Positions 1 to 14,282 of a stretch of 64,000 nucleotides of DNA are shown here, in pieces. A program made the position numbers and the translations under genes. Under the pieces are notes generated by a model. The model was not told where the DNA came from and made no database searches. It was given only the letters and a program-made list of their open reading frames with translations. Source of the stretch: the human T2T-CHM13v2.0 reference genome, Homo sapiens; NCBI RefSeq assembly GCF_009914755.1, contig NC_060941.1; one strand, given 5' to 3'. How positions within the stretch are numbered: the first letter of the stretch is position 1; each line of letters opens with the position of its first letter.

Positions 1-632
1 TGCTTGCGATTCAGATTCCTTTAAAGTTAGCAAAGAGCATTTTTGTTCCATTGGAACAATATAGGAAGTATCCTTCATTATGCTTTCATTTGTTTTTGAG
101 TCACAAGAAACTGTTACTGTTGTTTTGGGAGACTGATGTGGGAATGTCTTAGCACATCATTTCTCTACTCTAATTTTAAATACGGGTAGTCCCTGACTTA
201 TAAACAGTTGACTTGAGATGACCCATATGTACAGTTAGTACTATCTCAGATGTGAGAATTCAGTTCTCATCTCCTACTGCAGAACTCTTCTGTAATTTTT
301 CAATCAGAACACCTAGGAGATGTCTATTCTTCTCATTTCACAGATCTTCACTGCTTGCCTTTTATGGGCCAGGTTCTCTTCTGTGCCCTGGGTATCCAGC
401 AGTGAACTAAGCAGACAAATCTCTGTGCTCACAGAGCTTAGGTTACAGTGCCATTGGCCTGGAAGGTACGCTTGCCTATTGCCCCAGGTGAGGAGGAGTC
501 TGTGACAGGTATCTGGGTCTGTCTTCCTCTATCCAAGATCACTTCCCCCACCTCTTCCCTGCAAGGAGACTAAATCATAAAACCACAATGCCTTTTTATG
601 TAGAAACAATAGAATATGTGACTGCTAGGTAT

Positions 633-990
633 ATGTAGTATATTGCAAAGAATAGCCACAGATCCTCCCATCCTGGTTACATGTTCTCTTATAACGTGTC
701 TTTGCCATGCTTTCAGTCAGATGTCTATTTCTCTACTCCTGTGAGTCAAGTGGCTTTGTGACTTCCTTTGACCAGCAGAATGCAGTGCAGTTGACATCAT
801 GGGAGTTCTGAGCTGAGGTATTAAGAGACCTCACATATCCCACTCCTGCTTCTTCACTCAGAACTTCTGCAGCCACAGAAGTTCTGATTACCCTCCTGGA
901 GGATGAGAGACCACGTGGAGCAGAAATGAGTGTAAAACAAACCAGCACCATTGAGTTAGGCCATCAGGCACCTGCAGCTGCATGAGCTTT
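633..990 (+). mobile_element. Old MaLR LTR fragment (MLT1 family)
   Basis: MLT1-type motifs (gtggctttgtgacttcctttgaccagcagaatgcagtg...; gatgagagaccacgtggagcaga); diverged, boundaries approximate. Confidence 0.65.
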
Positions 991-2011
991 CACCAGCTTA
1001 AAGTCTCAAGATGCTCACCATCAGCATCATATTTTTTTGTTACTAATAATTGAAAGATGTAAATATTTATGAACTTAATATAGATATTAATATATTTCCT
1101 ATTTGTCATGAATGAAATAGGCCCTGGAAGGTTGGCATTGGAAAATGCCTTTCACATTTTGGACCATCCACTTAGAGACACATTTTTGGAAAAGAACCAC
1201 TTGAAATCTGGTGCCCAGCTGTACACGTGTTTTGTGGAGAGAGACAGATTAGCACTGGCACGTGTGAGACAGTGGTTAGTGAAGGGTGGAAGATCGCCAG
1301 GGCTCATGGACCTGCTTCAGATGGATGTAAATAGTTGGAGTGTACTGGAAAGGTATGGGACTAACATGACCCTGACCAGAGTTTGGACAAGTGTGGTTTC
1401 ATTCTGGGGGACTGACACTTATTTCTTTCCTAGAAGTGTTGATGAAAGTCATGACTCAGTAATATCAGAAGTGTGGGACCAAAGTGGAAAATAAACTCCT
1501 GACTTCATGAATTAAACAGAAACATGTCAGGGCCACTCCATACTCTTCTTCCTGTCTTCCAAAAGTCTCTTTTTTTTTCAATTCAGAAGAAGGTCTGGGA
1601 ACATTCTGTGCACATAATTATTTTATAAACAATATTTTATTTAATGCCCTTGCTAATAATACTTCCTATAAATAAACAATAAGAGTCGTCATGGTTCCAG
1701 ATTGCCTTTATGATAATGATATACCATATGTTTAAAGAAATGGTCTAAAAGACATACTGCTGTGATTGAAACATTTTTGGAAATTGTGTATGCTAACTGT
1801 ATATTGCTCTACAGAAATCTGTTTTGATCAGTGGATAAAAGCAGCTACACATAACTATGAGGAAATCTTGAGAACATTTATTAGTAATTAAATATATAGC
1901 TGAAATATGTGCCTATATGTATATCCGAAAATTATTATAGGAGATGGTTTTCAGTGAAGATGATTGGGTGGCTTTGAAATAAATAAGTGGTTTGGTTTAT
2001 GATTAATGGAT

Positions 2012-2515
2012 TTATTAATTTGCTATGGTCACCTAACAATCCACCCCACAAGTTGGTGGCTTTACAACAACAATCATGTTATCGCTTCCAGTCATGTTAT
2101 CACTTGCAGACATAATCTGCATGTCACCTGAGGGTTGGCTGATTTCACCTGTGCTCAGCTAGGCATCTCGGCCTCTCATTGTGAGGCTGTGAATGGACTC
2201 TGCGCCGTACCTCTTCTCCAATTCTGACCTGGGGCAGCTAGCTTGGGTGTGCTCTTCCCAGGGCTAAGGGGGCAAGGCAAACCCAGGAGGATGGGCAGAA
2301 ACACTAAGTCTGGTTCATTCTAGGCTTGGTAGGGGCATGTCGTTACTTCTATCTCATTATGTTGGCCAAAGTGAGTCACATGGCTAAGCTCAAAGTTAGG
2401 AAGCAGGGAAATAGACTGTATCTTTAGGGGAGGAATTTCAAAGTCATATGAAAAAAAAGGTATGGATACTACAGCCAGGGATGAACATTTGGAGCCAGTA
2501 ATGATATTCACCCCT
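2012..2515 (-). mobile_element. Old MaLR LTR (MLT1J/K-like)
   Basis: Antisense MLT1 end (tattaatttgctatgg...acaacaacaatc) and ttggccaaagtgagtcacatggctaagctcaa motif. Confidence 0.65.
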
Positions 2516-2656
2516 GTGTCTGTGTGACTCCTAAGAAGAGCCAAGACTTGTTAAAGATGAGCAGAGAGGTAAATTAGTTTGGAGATGGTGAAGAAGCAGT
2601 TTGGGGATACTTTGGTCTGCGTATAACGTTGAAGACACCTGTCTTTCCTTGTATAC

Positions 2657-2867
2657 CAGGGTTTGCAAACTATAGCTTATTGGGCCACATCCTGCCCAAG
2701 GCTTGTTTTATTGGAACACAGCCATGTCCAGTGGTTTGTGTGTGTCTTGTGTGCAGCTGCTCAGCCCTGCCACAGACAGTTGAATACTTGAGGCAGAGAC
2801 TGAGTGGCCTGCAGAGTTGAAAACATTGACTACCGGGTTCTTTGCAGGTAAAGTTAGCTGACTCCTG
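2657..2867. mobile_element. MER58A-like hAT-Charlie DNA transposon fossil
   Basis: cagggtttgcaaact...ttttattggaacacagcc...agttagctgactcctg; CAGG..CCTG termini. Confidence 0.8.
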
Positions 2868-3635
2868 TTTGATATGATGCAACTGGATAGAATCCATTTG
2901 GCTATAATCTCCGCCTCTCTACCTGCCCACCCCATACCCGCCCCAGTTCCTTTTAGGGTTTTCCTACTGTGCTTTGCATTCTCATTATTCTGTGTTTTTA
3001 TAAAATAGGTAAAATAGGAGGTAAAGTTATCCTGGTGCCTGGCTGTTGGCACTGATGACCAATGCAATTTGCATCCACAGGTCATAATCCTTAAAGTTTA
3101 TAAGGCGACAAATTGCAGATTAGAGGACATACAAATGAGGGAGCCAGTTGCTACTTTTGCCTTTATTATTAATGTTTTGTGGCTCTGCGGGTCATTCATG
3201 ATGTTAGACAATAGGGTGATTATTTCTGTTCTGCTGAAAGACAATCTGATTGTGTTTTGTGTAGAATGAGGCACTGATCCGCTCTGCCTGCCTCCCATGA
3301 GAAATGCCGCAGACCTTTGTCTGCTCAAACCTCCTCCCGTCAGCTCTGGTATTGTGATGGAAGTAATTGACCAGGCCTCATGGGTCAGCATATATCTGTA
3401 CTGCTGTTTATTCTTCTTTCTACTTTTTAAGGACTAAAATCACTTTCTTGTAAAATATTACAAAGACATTTTAAAAGAAAAGACTGTCCATTGTATTTTT
3501 CCACCCCCTTAAAATATATTCATAATGATCTTTTTAACTGGGTGGGACTTGATTTGGTTTAAAAACAATAATCTTGGTGACTGTATGGAAATACAGAAAA
3601 TGTTTAATACAGTATTCCATTAAAAACATGATACA

Positions 3636-4481
<846 letters not shown>

Positions 4482-7024
4482 GCACATAAGACTGGAAGGG
4501 AAGATATTTTAAAATGATAGTTGGAAGTACAGTGTATTTTAGTTTGTGTATTTTGATTGGGTGCTTGTGAGTTTACTTTGGTTGGTTAAGACTAAGAGGC
4601 AACAGATGACTTTTAAATGTTAGAGGAGGGAAAAATGGTAGAGTTTCAAGTTCACATTCAAGTACAAATGATGAATAAGCCCAGCCAAATTGTTCTCCAG
4701 TTTGGGTTTTGATGTATTGGGTTCAAATGGTTCCAGCCTTAATGGAGAAGCCAGTTTCTTTTTTCTTGTTGTTTTATTGTTTTTAAGCCTCTCTCTGGTT
4801 TTCAGTAGAGTTTGACCTTAAATATCATCTTTGATTACTATTGGTGTCCTTGTAGTTAAGGTCTTTGCAAAAGTTTGAGTGCAAGTTTTAAGCTAAAAAC
4901 ACGTTTTTAAACTTTCACAAATTTTGTAAGATGACAATAGCATTCTGTAACATAGACATTATGGTAATAGTGATTTTCTCTCCATCCCTATTTTGTCCAG
5001 CGATTTCCAAGTTATAAGACGTGAATAAGACTAACCGCTCACTTCCACCAGCAGCTGACCTGGTGGGCTTTTGAGTTCAAAGAGTCATTTCTTCATCTTA
5101 CCTCCAGCACTGCAGGGCCGTGTGACCTTGCAGAGCCTTGTTTCTCATTGATGAAAGGAGCTCATGCCTCATGAAGCCACTGGTAAGGGCCATGGAGCTC
5201 ACGGGCCATCAAGCTTCCTTCCCATCACTTGTGGGTGGAATTGACATTACCCGATGAGCTCTTCCTGGGGTCACCTGGGAGGGAGTGGCCCATGGGTGGT
5301 ATGACAAAATCTCATAGTCAGTCTTTGCAGTTTTCTCCACAGGTAAAATGAGATTTTGGAAAATTTTCATTTGTTTGTATTTGTCCCAAGGTGAGTCTTA
5401 CATATTTTGAGCAACAAAACGAAGATCATTATGAAAATGTCCTTATGGAAGCACTCTAGGGCCATTGCTCATTTTTATGAGTCCTCATGCTAAGTCCCTG
5501 AGTACTGTGGCTCATGTCTTAGCTGGCTAAATCACAGTCAAAATTCTCTTCTTAAGCCTCAAAATAAGCTGCTGATTATACTGCCTGTTGGCCAGACTAA
5601 TCAAATACATTTGATGTTTCAGCTGACTCCAGATACTTTTCCTTCCTCCTCCTTGGTTCTTTAACTGTCATCCCAGATCTGCGACATGCAATAAGGAAAA
5701 CTGAGTCAGGGAGGAAGTAGGATTCCTTTTGCTGCTAGGAACCACGTTAGCTTTGGATTGTCCATAGAATGCACCCTTAACAGTTCTTGGAAAATGGATG
5801 ATATTTGGTTCCTGCCCCATGTTCAGTGTTCTTTGGCAGCTGCAAAGCATATCCTAGCTAGAATCCTTATCGTCTTGAAGTTCATCAAAGATTTTGAACA
5901 GTCATGGTGGAGATACAACCTAAGTACATTCATGCCCATTGAGACAATCCTTTGGTTTGAGCGACGGAAGGAGGAATAAACACATGAATGTATTTTATTG
6001 AATCCCAGAGACCCTGAAACACCAAGACTCATTAATATATGCATACATGGATGGCAGAATAATAAACCTCACCTGACCTGTCAGTGTACTCTCAGTTTTT
6101 AAGGTTCTCCCAAAACAGGGAAACTGAAAAATACTTGGGCAGAAAGAAAATATCATCAAATAACACCTATTTCTTTTCAGCTATAGAGATGGCTGGATAT
6201 CAAAAGCACCACGGGAGCTTTGCAATTTGCTGCCTCTTTTCAGCCCTCAGCTTGACTCTCAGTTTTCAAGAGGGAGAAAATGAATGTTTCCCAGCATTCT
6301 CTGTCCTTTGCTCCAAAGAAGAGAGCAGGTGTTGGCTTCCAAACCTTCCGTATTTTCTTATTGCTGTTAGGGGGATCAACTGCATGTTTCCTGAGGGAAA
6401 AGGGTGGCTCACTGACCTACTTGAAGGCATTCTCTCAGTGGAAGCTGGGCAAGAGAATCCAGGGATTTCTTTTGCAGGTTTCTGCGCAGTGCCCCTGCCA
6501 TCAAGCTGCCTAAAATGTGAATATTGCTTCCCTGCGTTTCAGAGGTGGTAATATTGGGGCAAGTGGTGGAGGATCTAAAAAAAAAATCATCTTTGTGCTC
6601 CCTACCTTGCCCCTGGTATGGATTAAACAGCCACCACCCTCCTTCTCTTATACCCTGGGGGCCTCCTGACAATACTTCCAATTGCTCCATTGATTACTTA
6701 GATTTTTTGGGACACAAGGGCCCACGTTGTGTCTTCCTGACAACACTTTTAGTTGCTCTATTGATTACTTAGATTTTTGTTGGCAATTAGGAGCTTTTCA
6801 GTAACATTCTTTGCTCCATCGGTAGTCTCTGCTGGCTCTTGTTCACTCAGGAAACACCTGAGCACAGGGCTTCAGGAAAGCCTTCTATTAAATGGGCAGA
6901 GGCCCCAGCAGGACTCCTGCGTGTTCATCTGCACAGCCAGAGACAGCTGGAGGGCAGGAGGAGCCGCGTTCACATAGGGTTCTGCAGCCTTGGAGCCGCC
7001 GTTTCTTCCAAGTACTCTTCAGAT

Positions 7025-7206
7025 CAGTGGTTCTTAGCCCTGCCTGAACTGCAGAGTCCTCCGAGGAGCTTTCAAATGAAGCATGGCAGCCTGGGCAGGT
7101 TGCAGGTCCATTAAATCCACATCTCCGGGGTGGGAGCCGGTGGCATCCTTGCTTTGCCAGAACTCCCCCATTGACCCTAATGTGAAACCTGGGCTGAGAG
7201 GCCCTG
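7025..7206. mobile_element. MER5-like hAT DNA transposon fossil
   Basis: cagtggttct start, ...gggctgagaggccctg end, ~180 bp. Confidence 0.65.
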
Positions 7207-8076
7207 CCTGAAGCTCGATTATTTTCACCTGTGGATGTAGGCGATCGCTTCCTTTTGTGGCTGTTGTCAGGAGGCAGAAAATCCCCTGGGTTGTTGGCTC
7301 CCTGGAGTCTTATTTTTACAGAGTGCCCTGTTTCAGGTGCAGCAACCTGACTGATGTTTTTACAAATCACCTTTTGGTGGCCTCCTGTCACTGCTGTCTC
7401 CCTTCAAGGGTTAAATAAGCCTCTCTCACCCATTCCTTTTCACACCTGTGTCGTGTATTATTGGCAGGCCTCAGTCCTCAGGGTGTCAAATGGAACTGAT
7501 GGATGCCAGACATTGTGGATATCTGCAAGTCCTGGTTGGTGACCAGGGACTTGAAGAGTAGACTTTCTTCTCAAACTTATCTTTGTGCTGTTTTCCTTCC
7601 CCAGACCTCATAGTCTGGAGCCCATGTTTCCAGGGGTGGAATTTGATTTTCCCAGAGAGGAGCTGTGTTCGGCTTCTAGGCTGAGGAGCTAAGCTGCCGA
7701 GCCTCTCCCAGCCCTCTGTGGATTCGCTCCTGCATTATTCAGCGCCTTTGCTGACAGAGCACCATGTTCCACTGCTGAGCAGATCAGGGTGAATTTCCAA
7801 GAGGGAACATTGCAGATGGTTTTGCCTTTAGGGATGGATTTTCTTACTCCCAAGTGACTCACTTCTGGTAAAATTAAAAAAAAAAAAAAGAACAACCTTG
7901 AGTCCCTTGAGTCTGTCCCCACCATCTTTGCTCAGAGGGAATTAAGGAGCCAATTCAGAGCTTTAAAAAAGTCACGTGATGATTCATTATCTTTTTGCTG
8001 GTTGTTTCCTGCCCCCTCCCCCCCCACCCCCACCCACTGACTTGTAGTTTTTCATAAGCATTTATTCATCCTTGAA

Positions 8077-8358
8077 TTTTATTTTATTTTTTTATTTTTT
8101 TTTGAGACAGGGTGGAGTGCAGTGGTGCGATCTTGGCTCACTGCAGCTTCCGCCTCCCGGGTTTGAGCAATTCTTGTGCTTCCACCTCCTGAGGAGCTGG
8201 GATTACAAGCATGCACCACCATGCCCGACTAATTTTTGTATTTTTAGTAGATACAGAGTTCATAGCCAGGCTGGTCTTGAACTCCTGACCTCAGGTGATC
8301 CGCCCACCTCAGCCTCCCAGAATGCTAGGATTACAGGTGTGAGCCACTGCGCCCGGCC
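8077..8358 (-). mobile_element. Alu (S-type), with small deletions
   Basis: Antisense Alu; TSD catccttgaa on both sides. Confidence 0.96.
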
Positions 8359-10084
8359 CATCCTTGAAGTTTAACTGCAACCCCATCTCCTTCCCTCTTT
8401 GCATGGGGTAAAACCCTACTGCAAGGACTCACTAGAATTCCTTCCACTCACATCCCCTCTGATGATCTGGCCTTGCTGTCAATTGCTGTGACCATGGACA
8501 AGTTGCCTTGCTGCCTCTCCTGAACATGGGAGGTACACAAGGCCTTTCTTCAGGGGTTTATTCCCAGCAGCTGATCTGCTGCTGTCGGTGGAATTAGTTT
8601 GCACACACAGCATCCCGGGGAGTGGAACAGTGCTTTCTTAGCACAAAACAGACACGTTTGCTTCCCTTCTTTCAGTGAAGGGGAACCCACGGCTGGAAAA
8701 TACTGGAAGGCAATTGTAACCTTAGGCAGCCAACAACACTTCAGTCCTTTGGAAGTGGATTTTAAGGAAGAGGAGACTTCAAACGGTAGAGCTCTTTGTG
8801 ATGTACCTCTTAGAGAATACCTTTTTGATTCCTACACTTATTCTCCTCTCACCAAGTGATACTTAAAGGGATGCCCTAAAACAGCAGTAAAGTCATAGGC
8901 CCCTTTTTATAAATTTCATGAATTCACTACTTTTTTCCCATCACGTCTTCTCTTAACCAATGTATCTGCATTTGGTTTGCGTAAAAGAAGAAATGTTTCC
9001 TCTGCTCCTGGGCTCACCATTAATTCTGATGAGATAGGCCTTTCTCCTCTAAAGGCAACAGGGCATTGGCCAAATCCCCTGTTTTACTGCATCCCTTTTT
9101 GGAGCTCAGTATTGGCCTGTCCTGACCCCCCTGGTTTGCCTCAGAATAATTATTAAGGGCATGTGTCTTGAAACAAGTCGCACCCAAGGCTGCTAGCCTG
9201 TGTATTGACTGCTTGATTTATAACGAATGCTGAATTTGGCTAGGCAAATGAGAAACGTGGTAGGGTCAGCCTTCTGCCTCCTCCTGGTTTACAGACTCAT
9301 CTTGCCCATTCATTTTTCCCATCTAAGGCTTTAATTTGATACCCAGTGGGTTGGTCTTAAGCAACCAGGCAAGATCCAGAGGAGACTGTCCAGGCTGCCG
9401 CCCCCCTGGCCAGGCAGACCCCGTTCCTTTTGCGAGTTTCCTGCAAGGCTGTTGTTGACTCGGGGGAGCGGCTTTTAGTTGCTCAGGCTTCTTTCTGCTG
9501 CTGCAGAGGAATGTGTTCCCCTGTAGAGGCTGTTGGAAAGGGCAGTGCAGACAAGCCGGCTTCTCAGGCATTTAAACAAGTTGTCTGGAGGTTGTCAGAC
9601 TCTGCAGCGCATCAGCCCCTCCTTTTGTTCGTTCGTAATGCCACAGTGTTTATGGAGCCCTGCCTTTTGGAGGAGTGGGAAGTGGAGCTTCCAACTGTTA
9701 GCCTATGTGTTTCTGTCATTTAGAGGCAATATGAAGAACATGACCTTTTCTGGAACTGCTGCCCCCCGCACCCCCCCCAAAAAAATTAGAAAATGGTTAG
9801 TTTTGATTACATTCACCTTGACCACTTTCTTCCCAAGTGAAGCTGACCACGATTCTTTGTTGGAGCCAAGTTTTTGTATTTGCATATTCCCCTCGGGTAG
9901 GAACTGGGTCAGTTATTATTGTTCTAACTAGCAGGCGGAATTGGGGTCTCTGAGGCATGAGGGAGATTCCATTGTCTTCTGTGTATTCTGCTGGTATTTC
10001 ATATCTGATGAAGGTCGATTCTTATCCCTAATTGACTTCCTCTTGGGTTTTGTAGTCTGAGTATTTGAAATCACATGTTGATTG

Positions 10085-10472
<388 letters not shown>

Positions 10473-10689
10473 TTAAGGACTCATGGTAATTTGACTCTCT
10501 CCTGTATGATTCTTTACTGACAGTGACATGAAGGGGAATTGCCTGGGGTAGACTTAGGCTGTCTAGTGTCATATGCTGCTTTTATTAATCCGGAGATTTC
10601 TGATTGGAATATATTTCCATTTCAATGGGATTAGAGTATAAAGAATGCTTTGTTACAATTATTTACTTACACCGCCACCACCGTAAGTA

Positions 10690-10925
10690 ATAATAGTAGT
10701 TAGCATTTACCCTGTGTGTGTTACCTATAAGGTGCTGTTCTCAGCACTTCATGTGAATTATTCCTCAAATTATCCCCAAACTCTCTGAGACTGCGCTGTT
10801 ACCATTTTGCTTTGTAGCTAAAGAAACAGCTTAGAGAGGTTGAGTAACTCCTCCAAGGCATACTCAGCAGTAGGCAGGACTTGAACCTGCGTTGTGATTT
10901 GTGAATTCCCACTTTTAACCACCCT
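10690..10925 (-). mobile_element. MIR SINE
   Basis: Antisense MIR core (gaaacagcttagagaggttgagtaactcctccaagg...ggacttgaacc). Confidence 0.75.
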
Positions 10926-11965
10926 TCACTGCCCATCTACACTGCCTCTTGCACATCTCATATTTTGCCAGATGGGAAAACTCACCAAGGATGAAGCTTC
11001 CTTAAGATCTTTTTGAGTATAAATAGGCCATCTGTTGATCTGTGTGTCCATCAGGTTAGGGGCTCTTACCTCAAGCCAGCATATGGCAGAAAAGATATGT
11101 ATTGATGTCTTGTGGGATAGTTAATAAAACACAAATGTGCAGTGCAGCTTCTTTAACCTGCTCCATCTTGGACCCAAATTCCCCCACCCCTGCTGCCAAA
11201 CAGGCCTCTAACTGATGGGGTGGGTGTCCCCATCAGCTCTGTGCTGGCCCAGCTTCCTTGGGGTTGGCCCTCACCAGAGTAAGGGCACAAAACACAGCTC
11301 TCGAGGGGTTCTGCAGACGACCAGAGCCTGAGACCTTTTCTTGGCAGCTGGTGTCAGTTCCCTGTTGGATCTGTCCTTCCCTTCTGAATCCTAGTGGGAT
11401 CTCCTCACTACCTGGTCACTATCTCTGTTCTCACAACAAGATTTAAACAATTATAGGATATCAGTGCACTGTGAGACCACAAACTCTTCTAGTCCATTCC
11501 CCTCCTTCTAATGAGGGGCCCCCACAGCTGTGGGGTTGTATCATCTAAGCCAGACCTCCAGTTTCCTTTTCACTAAAATACCTACCTTTGAAATAAAAGT
11601 GAAAACTTACATCAAAACAGCATCATGCCTGGAACATACTGAATGGACAGCATTTCCTTTCTTTCCCCTCCTTATTCTCCTGATTATTAATTATTTGCCT
11701 GACTTTGGATAGCTATTGGCTTCTGTCCTCTGATATTAATGTACTCATAATTTCTGTTTCTTACCTGGTTTTGGACTAATTGCTCTATTTTTATTTTTAT
11801 TTTTTGGCACATGCTCTGCCTCTCCAATTCTGACATTTCTTGCAGTCCTCTCAGCATATTTCTGATCACAGTCCCAAATGACATTGAGAAGCCCTGATAG
11901 GAAAATGCTGTGTAAGAAATATGAGTTATTTGTCTGTGTGACTAGAACTTTCCTGGTGTAAGTTC

Positions 11966-11995
11966 AGAACTTTCCAGAACTTCCCTGAACTTTAC
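11966..11995. promoter_or_regulatory. Extended heat-shock element (HSF motif array)
   Basis: In-phase alternating pentamers aGAAc tTTCc aGAAc tTCCc tGAAc tTTAc; extra aGAAc tTTCc at 11944-11953. Motif only, binding not shown. Confidence 0.6.
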
Positions 11996-12199
11996 TCTGT
12001 CCGGTTCAGACCATCTGAATGCAGATGTCTGACTTGGGGATAGATCCTCCACTGATCAATCATTCAGAGAAAAGCCACAGAAAACACACAAGATTAGAAA
12101 AATAAAACCCACATGGAAAGGCTTTAGTGAGGTTACAGCATAGATTATGCAGTCTGGGAAAAGAAGGATAATGCAGATTAAAATATCTGAAATATTAGA

Positions 12200-12310
12200 A
12201 TAGCATAAATGTAGTTAACTTCGGAGCCGGAAGACCAGGGTTGAATCTTGGCTTCTTCCCTTACTGGCCATGTAACCTTGGGCTTCTTGCTTAACCCCTC
12301 TGAGCTGCAG
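12200..12310 (+). mobile_element. MIR SINE fragment
   Basis: gggttgaatcttggct...ttactggccatgtaaccttggg...cttaacccctctgagc. Confidence 0.7.
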
Positions 12311-13333
12311 AAGGGGGGATGCTGCTGTTGATGTCATCATCACCAATGGCAGCAGTAGAAGCTATCAATGATGGTGGTTATCACTTTTATTACCATTGTT
12401 TTTAGTAAGGAGAGCTAACGAGACAGGCTCCAACTGCTCTTCTCCCGTGGGAATTGCAGTTTTCTGCAGTGGATCCTGTGACAGATTCCTGTGGATTCCT
12501 GGGACAGACTTAGCCACCTGTCCTTTCTTCTATCCTCCTGTACTCATCAGATTGAGCACCATGTGGGTCCAGTCCCTGAGATGAGTGCTTGATAGATAGA
12601 GGTGAACGATGGGGGCTTGGTCTTACAGAGCTGACCTGTAAAATCCTCTCCACCATATCCAGTGCATACAGCTGGGCATTCTTTGTGTAGATCACCCCAG
12701 TTATTAGAACCTCTATTTCAGTAATTCACTCTCTGGGCTCTAGTTCTTCCTTGTGAATTTTACTCTCAGGGAAGCCCCGACTGTGCTCCTGAAGCTGTTT
12801 TTATTTGTAGTAATTTAGCATGCGTCCAGGAATTGAGGACTCTTGCCTACCCAAAATCAGAGGTGGGGAGGAAAACCACGGTATTTCAGTCCTTTTGTTC
12901 TTTTTGAGGTCTGTAATTCACCAAAGCCAGGTCCACCAAAGTAAATTATTACCATAATTTATGGTGAGAATTATTTGGGGCCACAGATGTCAAGTGGAAG
13001 CTTGCAGGTAAGTATGATTGAGAAAGTACAAAATTTTGAAATGAACTCTAACCTTATGAGTCTGTTGCTCTAAGGATCTAAGGATATTAGGAGGTAGTGT
13101 TAAGAATCACAACTGCATTGTTAAACGCCAAGTGTTCTTTGTGATTTGATTGAAACTGTAGTTGGGATTCTTCAGGTTCCATATGTGGGGCAACATTTAA
13201 ATATTAACATTCTTGGGAAGATTTTGTATAGACAGCTTTCTCTGTCATCCGAATGCCGTGTGGTCTTCAGAGCATGTCATAAGAAAAGTCATGAGACACA
13301 AATCTGATGGAACTTTCTTTAGCATATGTTTAA

Positions 13334-13801
<468 letters not shown>

Positions 13802-13889
13802 TCCTTTTCTTTTTCTTGATGTTACTGAAGACTTTATTTTGGAAGTAGTGAGGGCCCAGAGCTGATCCCTTCTGGAGATGTGTCACAGG

Positions 13890-14010
13890 GTAAAGAATGT
13901 GGCTTTGAAACTCCAACTCTGTCACTTAAAGCTGTGCCTCTTTCAGAGTTACTTAACCACTCTGAACCTTAGTTTCCTCTTCTGCAAAATGGGAGACTAG
14001 CAACCTGCCA
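13890..14010 (+). mobile_element. MIR SINE fragment
   Basis: agttacttaaccactctgaaccttagtttcctcttctgcaaaatggg core. Confidence 0.72.
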
Positions 14011-14098
14011 CCCAACTGACTGCTCTGGGCTATTTATGAGACAGTCTCTGCTCTCGGGAGACATCCCTCTTTGGCTTATTCATCCTCACTCATCTGCG

Positions 14099-14282
14099 TT
14101 GGAGAGATGCACTTGGTGCCTCTCCTGCAGAAGGGGTGTTAGGGGGCTGTTGCGTTTGTCGCCAGGGAGGTGATGTTTTCCCCATTGGGAACCCTAGGCC
14201 AGCAAACTTCGAGAAGTGTCTGTGGCAGCTTGAATGCTGCTATTTAAGAGTTGATAAAGAGGCAGCTTGGAGAAAACCTCAA
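14099..14282 (+). repeat. Local direct duplication, copy 1 (184 bp)
   Basis: Aligns without gaps to 15724-15907 with 8 substitutions. Confidence 0.95.

Noticed and set aside
858-887. 12-bp perfect hairpin tcagaacttctg/cagaagttctga
   Set aside because: Too short for a pre-miRNA and lies within an MLT1 fragment
6888-7391. 167-aa minus-strand ORF
   Set aside because: Runs through a MER5 fossil; non-ATG start; no homology recognised
12909-13013. Perfect donor CAG|GTAAGT with a possible 99-nt exon
   Set aside because: Weak GAG acceptor and stops in all three frames; isolated consensus donors are common
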